A stretch of 55,679 bases of DNA. It comes from Octopus bimaculoides (taxonomy: Eukaryota). The stretch spans positions 134,524,665 through 134,580,343 of the forward strand of contig NC_068981.1 in assembly GCF_001194135.2 (NCBI RefSeq), in the 5' to 3' direction. A program made the translations under genes and the position numbers. Of the stretch, positions 1 through 11,399 are shown piece by piece; the stretch's first letter is position 1; the number at the start of each line of letters is the position of its first letter. Below the pieces are notes generated by a model, which did not search any database, was not told where the DNA came from, and saw only the letters and a program-made list of their open reading frames with translations.

Positions 1-79
<79 letters not shown>
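1..79. repeat. (AT)n/(AC)n microsatellite at window start
   Basis: Direct reading; the window also ends in (CT)n(AT)n at about 55632-55679. Confidence 0.95.
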
Positions 80-80
<1 letters not shown>

Positions 81-242
81 GATGGGCTTCTTTCAGTTTC
101 TGTCTACCAAATCCACTCACAAGGCTTTGGTCAGCCCAAGATTATAGTAGAAGTCACTTGGCCAAGGTGCCATGGAGTGGGACTGACCCAGGTCCATGTT
201 GTTGGGAAGCAAGCTCCTTACCACACAGCCACACCTGCGCCT
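81..242 (-). mobile_element. tRNA-headed SINE family A, head and body
   Basis: Reverse complement begins GGCGCAGGTGTGGCTGTGTGG (box A-like); homologous to copies at 18610, 23336 and 51918. Confidence 0.85.
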
Positions 243-255
243 AGCTTCTTAGCTT

Positions 256-593
256 CTACTTGTTTTAGTCATTAGACTGCAGCTATATTGGGGCACCACC
301 TTGAATACATTTTTTTAAAGTCTGGTACTTATTCTATTGATCTTTTTTGCCAAACCGCTAAGTTACAGAGACATAAACACACCAACACCAGTCATCAAGC
401 GGTGGAGAGGGACAAACACAGACACAAATGGACACACACGCACATATATATATGACGGGCTTCTTCTCAGTTTCCATCTACTAAAACCACTAACAAGGCG
501 TTGGTCGGCCTGAGGCTATAGTAGAAGACATTCGCCCAATTGCTATGCAGTGGGACTGAACCCCAGAACTATGTGGGCAGGAAGCAAGCTTCT
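256..593 (-). mobile_element. SINE A1, near full length
   Basis: Same head, body, central microsatellite and TGACTGAAACAAGT-type tail as 18610-18990. Confidence 0.85.
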
Positions 594-595
594 TG

Positions 596-635
<40 letters not shown>

Positions 636-877
636 ACACAGACAACTTTTTGCAAGGAAAAAACTTCAAATCTAAAGAAGATGCAAAAACAGCTTTTCAT
701 GATTTTATCATCTCTTGCTCTCAGGAATTCTCCGCTGCCGACCAATAAAATGACAAAATTGTGTTGATAATTTAGGTGCATACTTTGTTTAACTGCATTG
801 CTTTTTATTGAGATAAAGTAAAATAAACTTTCAGTTCAAAATCAGATATTTCATTCTTAATAACCTGATATATATAT

Positions 878-1016
878 CAGGCTTCCATACAGTTTCCATT
901 TACCAAATTCACTCACAGGATATTGGAGCTGTAGTTGTTCAAGGTGCCACACAGTAGGATTGAACTTGGAACCCTGTGACTAGAAAACAAGATTCTTACC
1001 TGCGCAGCTATGCCTC
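878..1016 (-). mobile_element. SINE A, degenerate
   Basis: CAGTTTCCATTTACCAAATTCACTCACA...CAAGGTGCCACACAGTAGGATTGAAC matches the family A body. Confidence 0.75.
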
Positions 1017-1293
1017 CACCTTCAAGACATCTTTCCTCATGGCTATCTCTTTACTTTATTGTTATTTCCTCTTTAAAACACCTTGGTATTTTCAAGCTTA
1101 TCAAAATGTAATTTATATTTAACTTCAAATAATTATAAATTCATTTTTAATCCTTTACTGCCACCCAACCCCTTATCTCATGACTAATTTATCATCACCA
1201 AAGTGTTTGGAATTCTGCTTTGAACCTGAAGGGTTTGCCATGGTTTGTATCTTTAATTTTACAAAGATTGCTGCAAGGAAATGGTTCAGTTAA

Positions 1294-1490
1294 GCTGGCC
1301 TAGTGGTTAAGGTGTTGGTCTCACAATCACTAGATCATAGTTTTCATTGTCAGACTGGGTGGTATATTGTGTTCTTAGGCGAAACACTTCATTTCACATT
1401 GCTCCTGTCCACTCAACTGTATATGAGTAACCCTGTGGTGGACTGGCATCCCATCCAGGGGAATGTTGTGATCCCAGTTGTGTATACAAA
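1294..1490 (+). mobile_element. SINE C (tRNA head plus CORE-like central domain)
   Basis: TGGCCTAGTGGTT box A; GTGTTCTTAGGCGAAACACTTCATTTCACATTGCTCC core shared with 15292, 28348, 40640, 44105, 49952 and 50228. Confidence 0.8.
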
Positions 1491-1522
1491 TGTTTGAAAG
1501 CTGTCATCATATTATTGCTTAG

Positions 1523-1742
1523 CCCTTTTGATACCAACTCGCCTGAAACTGCTTCTGACTCTGTAGTACAAATGTCTTGTTTTCAAAAGTTCTGAATTAA
1601 AATCTTCCACCAAACCTTAGTCACAATTCATGTTCCTAACACTAGCTTCATGATAACTAAGTTATTTTAATAAATTCTTCATTATATTTAAAATTAATTG
1701 AAAGAAACAGAGTATCTCAACAGAAATATGGTAACAAATGGG
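1523..1742. mobile_element. TTAA-flanked MITE (piggyBac-like ends), family 1
   Basis: TTAG|CCCTTT...AAATGGG|TTAA; internal sequence related to 34346-34523 and 46736-46916. Confidence 0.7.
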
Positions 1743-2071
1743 TTAAACATGAACGTATTCATCTCTGTTGAGTTCTTTGCTTAATCCCTTGCACAGAAAA
1801 ATAATTTCATTCATTATTTAATATAGATCTTTCTGGAGTTAGTGTGAGTAAAAATATTTGAAATCATTTAGAAGCTCCAGTATTATGATTTTACATGATG
1901 TAATAAAGGTATTATTATTAAATGTTATTATCTATTTATTTCAAAATACCTACATTTGATAATATTTGAAGCTAATTTGAGATTGGTTTCTTGATAATTC
2001 CACCAATGTAAACATTTTTGTGAAAGGCTGTTTTAACAATACTCTGCTAAATTTTACAGTTTTATCTCTTT

Positions 2072-2118
2072 TCAGAGGTCGGATCTTTGTTTAGTGTTAG
2101 ATTGAACATCTGCTCAGT
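2072..2118 (-). CDS. Candidate terminal coding exon of an unidentified minus-strand gene
   Basis: Very strong acceptor CTAATATTTTCTTTTCTCTCTGTAG at 2119 and a second CAG 9 nt downstream. In phase 1 these give D-stop or DVQSNTKQRSDL-stop. AATAAA lies downstream at about 1935-1940. Confidence 0.3.
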
Positions 2119-3044
2119 CTACAGAGAGAAAAGAAAATATTAGAACAGAGCAGATATCATCCCAAATTCAATTATAAACTGAAATTTAATAGATTTATTT
2201 TTATGCTTTTCAAAATAGGTATTGACTTAAGCATTTTCAGCCAAAATCTAAAGGGACATATTATCTGTTGATTTTTGTGAGATATTTAAAGAGATGTTCT
2301 ATACCATGACTAGCTTTATGCATTTTGGATATTTGTGTGCATATTAATGTGAAGACATCTGTGTGGACATGCATGTGTGTGGACATGCATGTGTGTGGAT
2401 ATATATATATGTGTGTGTATGTAGGCATGTATGTATGCATGCACATTGGAATAAGTTATTATATATATGCTAAAATTATCTACAGCCATTATTCTGTTGA
2501 GATCTTTATAGCTCAGAACATTGATTAGTATTATCAAAACTTAGGAACATCTTTTTCTATATATACAGAGATACTACATATACTCACATTCATGTTTGTG
2601 TGTCTAACAAATCATATAAGAGAAGAGAAGAGTGCTGAAGATAGTCTTCATAGAGGGCTGCATATTCTTCAAATTCCTTATTGAATTCAACAGCTTTGAT
2701 GAACTGTTCATAATTTAAATATTAAGATTATCTGCCATGTGTTCTTGACAATAATGACATTAATAGCAATCTTCCTATTTAGCTGCAGTTCAAAATATGA
2801 GTGAAAATGTCCCTAAACTAAACTCCTACTTTGATGGAAACTTTAAACATTAAACTGTCCAAGTTATTTTTTCTTATAGAACTTGTCTTTTGTGATTTAA
2901 AGGATTAACATACTTACACATACACACATGAATATAGAAATTTGCATTTAGATACATTCTATATTATACATACTTATATTGGCTGGATTTATAGAAAATA
3001 TCAGGAAAACCCATGTGGCTTACAACATTCTCAAAAATATGTAC

Positions 3045-3450
3045 ATCATCATCATCATTTTACATTTTATTTTTCCATGCTTGCAAAGGTCAGATGAGAA
3101 TATGTTGGGACATGGTTTCCTACAGTTAAATGACCTTCCTAATGCCAACCACCACCTGTTTCTGAGTTAGTTAATATTCTCCCAATCTATCAAACAACAA
3201 ACAGCCTGAACAAATTACATTGCCTGAAGCCTTGAAAACAAAGGAAATACAAGCTTACACAAATACATCCACTCAAAATCATATCATAACCATCATTGTT
3301 TTAACATCCACTTTTCTATGCTTAGATGGGTTGGACAGAATTAATTGAGGCAGATTTTCTATGGATAGATGCCTTTCCTGTCTCCACCCTCACTCGTTCC
3401 CAAGCAAAGTAATATTTCTCCATGGCCAGTCATATTTTCATGGAATATTA
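3045..3450 (-). mobile_element. Two degenerate SINE tails of RTE-3-prime type
   Basis: (CAT)n...TTTTCCATGCT...CTACAG..GATG.CCTTCCT motifs, the reverse complement of the family D/A2 tail. Confidence 0.7.
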
Positions 3451-3454
3451 GAAA

Positions 3455-3547
3455 TGAATTCTTCAGGTAGATGGCCCTGCTCAATCTGTAGAAAGGACGT
3501 AGGTAGAAACTCTATAAGATGTACCAAGTGTAAGCTATGGACACATA
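3455..3547 (+). mobile_element. LINE ORF fragment with Cys-rich zinc-finger-like motif, truncated by gap
   Basis: Translation SGRWPCSICRKDVGRNSIRCTKCKLWTH resembles the PHD-like CxxC..GVGxNSIxCxxCxxWxH motif of RTE-type LINE ORFs. Confidence 0.6.
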
Positions 3548-3647
3548 NNNNNNNNNNNNNNNNNNNNNNNNNNNNNNNNNNNNNNNNNNNNNNNNNNNNN
3601 NNNNNNNNNNNNNNNNNNNNNNNNNNNNNNNNNNNNNNNNNNNNNNN
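3548..3647. other. Assembly gap (100 N)
   Basis: Direct. Other gaps: 23500-23568, 25710-25845, 52121-52130. Confidence 1.
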
Positions 3648-3699
3648 CAGACAGACAGACACACATTCTCATTTTTATATATATAGATTACATGTATGT

Positions 3700-3960
3700 A
3701 TATGTGTGTGTATGTTTGTGTCTCCTTATCTAGATTTTGAATGATAGTTGTAAGTGAGTGACACTGTCATATTATAAGTGGTGTTGTTAATTTCTAATCT
3801 TCTGCAAAACATGTCTGGTCATGGAGAAATATTTCCTTGTTTGGAAACAGGTGAGGGTTGATGACAGAAGGTCCATCCTGCTGCAGAAAATCTCCCTCAA
3901 TAAATTCCTTCTGACTGATGGAAAAAGGGGTGGGGGTGTTAGGATAACGATGATGAGGTT
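3700..3960 (+). mobile_element. SINE A2, 3-prime half with RTE-like tail
   Basis: GGAAACAGGTGAGGGTTGATGACAGAAGG...GATGATG; homologous to 7530-7760 and 20740-20942. Confidence 0.75.
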
Positions 3961-4414
3961 GATATATATATTTTCCTATGTTATTTTTTAATTCAGTAGT
4001 TTCATTTCTAAAGTAAAGTCTCAACATTTTTGGTCCCTATACTCTGCACACCAAATTGATTCACAATGTTGATTCCTTATGAAGCCAGAAATTTTTTGTG
4101 GGAAGACAGAAAATGGGATGCTGTGATAGTCATGCATTTTCTAGGGTGTTAACGACATGAAATATGTAAAATATGGAGCAATTCCAACTGGGGCTTGAAA
4201 TTGGGTTAAAAACAAATGAATTGGAAATTCTGTTACATTTTATTAAAATAAATTTGCAATGTTTAGAATCTTTACTTGCAACAAAAGAATAAAAAACACC
4301 CCAAAAGAATTCCACTTGCTAATGAATACTCTAGTAATTAGTATTTAGGAGTTAATTTCAGAGGGAGGACAGTATTGTGAAACAGAAAGCCTGTTTTTGT
4401 TAAGAACATCTTAC

Positions 4415-4480
4415 CTCCACATGACGACAATGATATTGTGTCATCATCAGGAGCTGGTTGACACTCTTCTAGGTGTAATT
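4415..4480 (-). CDS. Candidate internal coding exon (66 nt, phase 1-1): LHLEECQPAPDDDTISLSSCG
   Basis: Acceptor TCATCTTATTTTCAG, donor GAG|GTAAGA, length a multiple of 3, exactly one open frame, non-repetitive sequence. Confidence 0.5.
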
Positions 4481-4533
4481 CTGAAAATAAGATGAAATAA
4501 GTTATGGAAGTTGAAATAAAAACATAAATTTAG

Positions 4534-4753
4534 TTCTTTAGCATTCAGATTACTCCAATAAACATAATGTTTGTTTATTCACATTGTTTTAAATTAATCA
4601 TGCACTATCTTCTAGCTTTGAGATTTCAATGATGTGATTGCTTATTTTTAGAATGACATTGTAAGGTAGGAGTGAGAGGCCAAATCTGGCTGGTCTGAAT
4701 ATAAAACAGGTAGAGTATTTAGGCCAGATATGGTTGGTTTAAATACTAAAAGG
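4534..4753. mobile_element. TTAA-flanked MITE, family 2
   Basis: Ends ...CTTTAGCATT and ...AATACTAAAAGG|TTAA; inverted copy at 11181-11399 and partial copy at 26520-26690. Confidence 0.7.
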
Positions 4754-5893
4754 TTAAACTTAAGAAGAATGTTATTACACCCCCTCCTTGTTTCTCCTGT
4801 TCTTCTTAACACAAATTCAGTCCCACAAGATTAGATGAGACCGTTATAGGATGTGTAATGTAGTTCAGTACAAGACAGTGTGGTGTTACATCGCAGGTGT
4901 TGTATAGCAGTAAAATATAATGTAGTGTTGCATAGTTGTAGAATGTAGCCTGGTGTTGTATAGTTGTAGAATGTAGTGGGATATCATTAACAATTCAAAA
5001 GAGAGGAGTGGAGTATGATCATTTAAATTCACAATGTCATTTATGTGCACAATGTTAATATGGATATGAAAAATATCACAGAGGGAGAGAAAGAGAGCAA
5101 TAGACCTCCATTGACCAGGTGCGACAGCCTAATGTGCTGAGATGCCAATGAGGAGGAACTCATCATACTTGTGTTTCATTTTGGCTTGGTTTAATTGGCT
5201 GGATGCTTCTCCAAATACCAACCACTTTAGAGAATATACTGAGTGCTTTTTGTTGTGGCACCAGCACTAGAGGAGTATCATTTCCTCCACAAGACTAAAG
5301 ATCACCACAAACTCACACTTTACAGAGTACATTGGGTGCATTTTTCATAACAGCAGTACCGGTGAGGTGGTAATGTCCTCAAGGACATGGCCAGTCATAT
5401 AATATCATATGATATTGTTTTGCCTAACTCTGAAGTCTATTATATTTTTTCATACTATACATCTTTGAAGGGATTTTCCCTGGACAAAAAAAAAAAAACA
5501 CAATTTCTGGCCTTTAAAAAACCCACATATGTTAAGTATGTGGTACTCATAATGTTTATACTGTGGGGTTTTTTCTATTGCATGACCTGAATTGATTCTA
5601 TTCATGCAATGCTACTGCAAATCAACAAATAGTTAATACACTATTTGTATATACTTCAGATTAGACATTTCAATTTCATTTTGGAATTGACTCAAGTGCA
5701 TGAGATTTATAAGCTGTAAATACAGTGAAATACATATCTGCTACTCTCGTGATCACTTCTGGGGTAATTCTGTTTCACCTAGCTCTGAAGAATATTGTTT
5801 TTCAAACACTATGTGTCTTTAAAGGGATTTTACCCAGCGAAAAAAGACCACAATACAAGTATGTGGTGCTGATAATTTTTACATGTCACCTTC

Positions 5894-6219
5894 CTGGCAC
5901 TTGTGCTGGTGGCACGTGAAAAGTCATTCGAGCGAGATCGTTGCCAGTACCGCTGGACTGGCTCCTGTGCAGGTGGCACATAAAATAAACCATTTTGAGC
6001 GTGGCTGTTGCCAGTTCTGCCTGACTGGCCTTTGTGCAGGTGACACGTAAAAGCACCCACTACACTCTCGAAGTGGTTGGCGTTTGGAAGGGCACCCAGC
6101 TGTAGAAACTCTGCCAAATCAGATTGGAGCCTGGTGTAGCCATCTGGTTCACCAGTCCTCAGTCAAATCATCCAACCCATGCTAGCATGGAAAGTGGATG
6201 TTAAACGATGATGATGATA

Positions 6220-6221
<2 letters not shown>
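5894..6221 (+). mobile_element. SINE D (internal GTGGCACGTAAAA repeats plus RTE-like tail)
   Basis: GGAAGGGCA.CCAGCTGTAGAAACTCTGCC...GTTAAACGATGATGATG tail shared with 8291, 24738, 37612 and 54228. Confidence 0.85.
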
Positions 6222-6278
<57 letters not shown>

Positions 6279-6609
6279 ATTTTAATGCCTCTTAGTACCC
6301 AAGGGACATCTAGAGTTTATTTAGTACATGAAGAACATTATAAATAACAGCAAAAATATAGTAAGTATATTTGTAACAAATGGTTGTGTTAATTTTGAAG
6401 ACATAAATATACATAAGTTTCATAGGTAATATAACAGTGCTCCCTCTGTTTACATGATAGATTGCTTCTGTGTCCGCATGCAAACCAAAATCATGTAAAT
6501 TGGGGGAGATATGTTTTTATTGATATTATTAATAGAAACAGAAACAAAATTTAATCAATCATTTATTGAAACTGGAGTAATAGATACAATTATTATGTGT
6601 TAACAAATA

Positions 6610-6950
6610 CTGAGACCCCCTTCGGTCATGACTGACCATGGGATTGCACTTAGAAAGTTACCCTCCCAGGCACAAGTCCGGGCAAGGATGTTTATGGAAG
6701 ACCAGCAGTTGCCCATGCATACTGGCCTCCCATCTCCATGCCACCAGTGTTATCCAAAAGAAAAGCAAAGGGGCCGATTCAGCTTGGCACCTATGATGTC
6801 GCAACTCATTTCTACAGCTGAGTGAACTGGAGCAACATGAAATAAAGCGTCTTGCTCAAGAACACAACACACAGCCCGGTCCGGGATTCGAACTCACAAC
6901 CTCACGATCACAAGCTCGACACTCTAACCACTGAGCCATGCGCCTTCACT
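6610..6950 (-). mobile_element. Young full-length SINE C variant with 12-bp TSD
   Basis: Head has box A TGGCTCAGTGG and box B GTTCGAATCCC; TGTTAACAAATA at 6598-6609 and 6951-6962. Confidence 0.92.
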
Positions 6951-7365
6951 TGTTAACAAATAACCACACTTAATAAGGAACACTTTCCCCACAAACACAT
7001 CAAGATAACTCCTACTGGCCTTGCAGCGTACCGAACCAAGGGACATAACTCCCAACCTAATCCCCTAGCACTTTTTCATTTCACCATCTTTTTCACAGCA
7101 GCTGCAAACAAGATGTGTTAATCTCTTTGACAATAGAGATCAGTCACCATATTCTCTTCCATATCGGCTAACTCTGATGAGTGTAAGGTTATATAATTGG
7201 ATTGTAATCCTTTCACGAAACCAATTAATAAGATCAGCCGAGATGAATAATATATGATACTGTACATTTCGGATAATACACCCACTCTATTGACAGATAT
7301 ATGAGTGCATCTCTTTCCTGACTTATGGTCTCTTAGATGACTCATGTATATATGCTTGTAGATAT

Positions 7366-7760
7366 AGGCACAGATGTGTGTGGGAAATGAGATTGCATCC
7401 CAACTACAGAGTTTCAGGTTCTGTCACATGGCATGGTACCTTGGGAAAGTGTATAGCCCCAGGCCAACCAAAGCCTTGGATTTGGTAGGCAAAGTAGCCT
7501 GAGTGTAGATGTGTGTGTGTGTGTGTGTATGTGTGTGTCCTTGTTTTGACATCATGTGATAGTTGTAAATTAGTCTTACTGTCATATGATTCAGTTTCAA
7601 TATTCTGCAAATCCTGTCTGGCCACGGGGAAATATTATCTTGTTTGCGAACAGGGGAGGGTTGGTGACAGGAAGGGCATCTAGTTGTAGAAAATATCTGC
7701 CGCAGCAAACACCATTTGGCCCATACAAGCATGGAAGAATAGACATTAAAATGATGATGA
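7366..7760 (+). mobile_element. SINE A2, full length
   Basis: Family A head plus (GT)n plus RTE-like tail ending ACATTAAAATGATGATG. Confidence 0.8.
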
Positions 7761-8175
7761 TACACACATACAGTTATATACACACACGCACACACACACA
7801 CACGAACACACACACACATACACGGACACTCTAAAGAGAATTTGAACAGTTATACTTTATATTTATCAAATAGTATATTGCTGTTTATGGTATATGATTG
7901 GTCAGAGAGTTACCATTGATTTCACATCTTTTATTGCACTTAGTAATACTAACGACTCAAACATGCTAGCTGGAAGCACATGGCATCTTCAATGCCCTAA
8001 AAGGGTTATGAGTTTCTGGCAGCATGTTTGGTCAGTCATCAGTATTGTGCAACAGTGGATGCAAAACCAATAGTAATTTTTTAAGTGGTGATATACCTTA
8101 ACCAGGAATATACTACTCAATAATATAAAAGAATATATATATATATATATGTATTTATAAATTTATAAACAAAGG

Positions 8176-8870
8176 GCGTAGGAGTGGCTGTGTGGCAAAT
8201 AGCTTGCTAACGAACAACATGATTCCGGGTAAGTGTTGACCAAAGCTTTGTGAGTGGATTTGGTAGACGGAAACTGAATGAAGCCCATCATATATATGTA
8301 TGACCTGTTGAGGCAAGTGAAATTGAAATCGAACTAAATTCGACGACTGGCACCCATGCCAACCTCTCCTTCATTGGACACTAAACTCGGCTTGCGAACA
8401 CCTGTTGGGGCAACTGTACCAGTTGAGTGCTAAGAGCACCATCCGAGCATGATCATTGCCAGAATAGCTGTCTGGCTTCTGTGCCAGTGGCATGTAAATA
8501 GCACCATTTGAGCGTGATCGTTACCAGCTTTGCTTTACTGGCAGTTGTGCTGGTGGCACGTAAAAAAACATTCGAGCGAGATCGTTGCCAGTGCCGCTGG
8601 ACTGGCCCTTGTGCAGGTGGCATGTAAAATGCACCATTTTGAGCATGGCCGTTGCCAGTACCACCTGACTGGCCTTCATGCCAGTGGCATGTGAAAGCAC
8701 CCACTACATTCTCAGAGTGGTTGGCGTTAGGAAGGGCATCCAGCTGTAGAAACTCTGCCAGATCAGATTGGAGCCTGGTGCAGCCTTCTGGCTTGCCAGT
8801 CCTCAGTTAAATCATTCAACCGATGCTAGCATGGAAGGCGGACGTTAAACGATGATGATGGTGATGATGA
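8176..8870 (+). mobile_element. SINE A head (8176-8290) followed by a long SINE D copy (8291-8870)
   Basis: The A head stops at the central TATATATGTAT; D follows with three to four internal ~60-bp subrepeats and an (ATG)n tail. Confidence 0.85.
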
Positions 8871-8974
8871 ATGGCATTGATTGTATGATAGTGACACTCA
8901 TTTACAGCTATTACACAGTGTCAAGGCAAGAAGACACAAATTTACTCAGATGTGTGTTTGTGTGTGTGCACATA

Positions 8975-9125
8975 CACCACAGGCTTCTTTCAGTTCCCAT
9001 CGACCAAATCTACTCACAAGGCTTTGATCAACCCGAAGCTATAGTAGAAGGTACTTGTCCAAATTGCTACACAGTGGGACTGAACCCAAAAACCACATGA
9101 TTGGGAAGCAAACATCTTAATCACA
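8975..9125 (-). mobile_element. SINE A body and head
   Basis: GGCTTCTTTCAGTT...CAGTGGGACTGAACCC. Confidence 0.8.
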
Positions 9126-9211
9126 CACACATCTTAATCTTCGCAAAATTTCAGCTACCTAAGTGCAAAGCATACTGAATATGTATAGGATTGAATTTAC
9201 ACACACACACA

Positions 9212-9263
<52 letters not shown>

Positions 9264-9265
9264 CA

Positions 9266-9483
9266 GAAGTGGATGCTGAAAGGTTCTTGGCTTTGGGTAA
9301 AAGAAAATACAGGAGAATCAGTTAATTATGATTTATTTAATATATTCCCCTCTCAGATTGACACACTTATTGCAGCAGTTCTTCAGTTTTTCTAAACCCT
9401 GTATAAGAACTCAGAAGGCTGGGCCTCCAACCAGGCCTTTCACAATACCCCCTTAAAGTCAGGAACTTTTCAGCACCCACCAT
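9266..9483. mobile_element. Mariner-like MITE
   Basis: ~26-bp TIRs: GTGGATGCTGAAAGGTTCTTGGCTTT versus reverse complement GTGGGTGCTGAAAAGTTCCTGACTTT. Confidence 0.8.
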
Positions 9484-9845
9484 ATAGTATATATATGGTT
9501 AAATTTATGCATTTTGAATTCTGTGTAAAAATTGTAATGGATGTTAAAAAAAAAATATTGCTTGAGAAATGAAAGAATTTATATTGGTAAAATAAATCTC
9601 TTTTCAAATAAAAAGAACTTAAGACTCATTTATTATGTGTTATTTGAATTGAATAGCTGCTAGTGGCATTGAAACGACCACATCTCCACCAGTAGCTGTT
9701 AGTCAAACAGTAGGCTAATGGATATTCTTAGCACCAATACCAATATTTTGGGATGTATGAAATAAAGAACTACTGCTCTCAGACTTTATTGATTGCAATA
9801 TCTTAGCTTTTGTTTACTGGTCATCCTGAAGTTCCAGTTGCTTAC

Positions 9846-9894
9846 TTTGATATTTTAGAACATTTTTACTGAATCTATCAATCATCTGTTACAT
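9846..9894 (-). CDS. Candidate exon; encodes MIDRFSKNVLKYQ from the ATG at exon nt 10, ending in phase 1
   Basis: Acceptor TTTTTGTTATTTTCTCACAG with a second CAG 9 nt in; donor AAA|GTAAGC; phase-compatible with 4415-4480. Confidence 0.35.
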
Positions 9895-10326
9895 CTGTGA
9901 GAAAATAACAAAAATAACTGGTAGATTAAAACGTTATTCTTTTATATATGAAACAAACAACATACCTAATATGTTTTTAACAAATTCCTAATGAAGTTAA
10001 TTTTTAATTAAATGTCGAGACATTTTTTTTAAAGCACTATTGAATTATCATTAAAAAATTATCTTTTGTTAGGAAAAAAAAACAGAAAACAGATTGAAAT
10101 TAAAAACTGACTGAAATTTCATTGGAAAATTGTTAGTTTGAAATTCTTACTCTGCAAGTATACAAGCAAGGGCCTCTATTTCAATCCATGTTGAAATAAT
10201 TTTGTAGTTAACATATGACAATGTATAAGACACGACAATATTATTGCCTTATGAAGAACCTGTTGTGAAACAAACCTACCAAATCAAATATATTATAAAA
10301 TAGGGATTTTTAATAATCTTTTATTA

Positions 10327-10550
10327 CTGTAATCCCTCGCCATATTGTGGTTCACCTATCACAGTTTATTATTTAAGTTTACATCAATTCCTCCGTAGTG
10401 TTGTTTTGCATTTATAATAAAATAAATATATACAAATTATAAAAATAATGAAACAAAATATACAGTACAGTACTGTTTCTACTTTGTGGATTTTCACCTG
10501 TCATGGTGGGTGGTTGGAACGTAACACCCGCAATAGTTCAGGGATTATTG
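10327..10550. mobile_element. Tc1/mariner (Tigger/pogo-like) MITE with TA TSD
   Basis: TA|CTGTAATCCCT...AGGGATTATTG|TA. Confidence 0.8.
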
Positions 10551-10581
10551 TATAGCTAAAATATTTTTCTTACTTTAACAG

Positions 10582-10797
10582 ATATTGGTTTCAAATTTTG
10601 GTACAAGGCCAGCAATTTTGGGGGAAGAGAAAAAGCTGATTACATCAACCCCAGTATTCAACTGGTACTTGAGGGATTAAAAACTGGTAAAAAAAAATAT
10701 CAACCTAGGCAGAATTTGAACTCAAAATGTAAAAACAGGCAAAATACTGCTAAGCATTTTGCCCAGCATGCTAACAATTCTGCTAACTCACCACCTT
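10582..10797 (-). mobile_element. SINE B (Nin/Deu-like central domain)
   Basis: GGCAGAATTTGAACTCA box B (reverse complement) and GCATGCTAAC..TTCTGC head. Confidence 0.8.
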
Positions 10798-11180
10798 TTC
10801 TAGTCTAACAGATTATTAAGAATGTTTTGTGCTCTTAAGAGAGCTATCTATTAACTGCAATTTAAAATAAGAATAAAAACTTACACATACTAAACTTCTA
10901 CTTGGATGGACACTTTAAACATTAATCAGCGTTTTTCTTAATGTCTGTTACTGTAATTTTATATCAACAATGTTGAGATAAACTCTTACATCTAATGTTT
11001 AATACCTGTGACAACTTAGAGCCTGCCTCTCCATCATCCTTTTTGTTTTTATGGCTTAGTTAGAGGGGGAACAGTAGTGTTTGTGACCCTTTCAGGGTGT
11101 TGAGGACTACTGAGAGAAAGAGAAGTAATTATCAAACCAGAGATCCTGCCTCAAAACTTGCAGTAAAGTGATCTCCATTC

Positions 11181-11399
11181 GCCCATGAATATTTAAACCA
11201 ACCATGTGTGGCCAAAATAGTCTACCTGTTTTATGTCCAAACTGGCCTGATCTGACCCCTCACACTTATCCTACAATATTATTCTAAAAATTAACAGTTA
11301 ATTCATAAAAATCTGAAAGCTATAAGACAATGCATGATTAATTCAAAACCATGTGAATAAATAAACATTAAATTTAACAGAGTAATCAATGCTAAAGGG
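11181..11399. mobile_element. TTAA-flanked MITE, family 2
   Basis: Ends GCTAAAGGG|TTAA; inverted relative to 4534-4753. Confidence 0.7.

Noticed and set aside
2588-2783. Minus-strand stretch YEQFIKAVEFNKEFEEYAALYEDYL with an acceptor and a GTGAGT donor
   Set aside because: No frame is open from acceptor to donor; there is an in-frame TAA upstream.
6870-6950. tRNA-like sequences with box A/B (also at the other SINE heads)
   Set aside because: They continue into SINE bodies and have TSDs; no complete cloverleaf or acceptor stem is evident.
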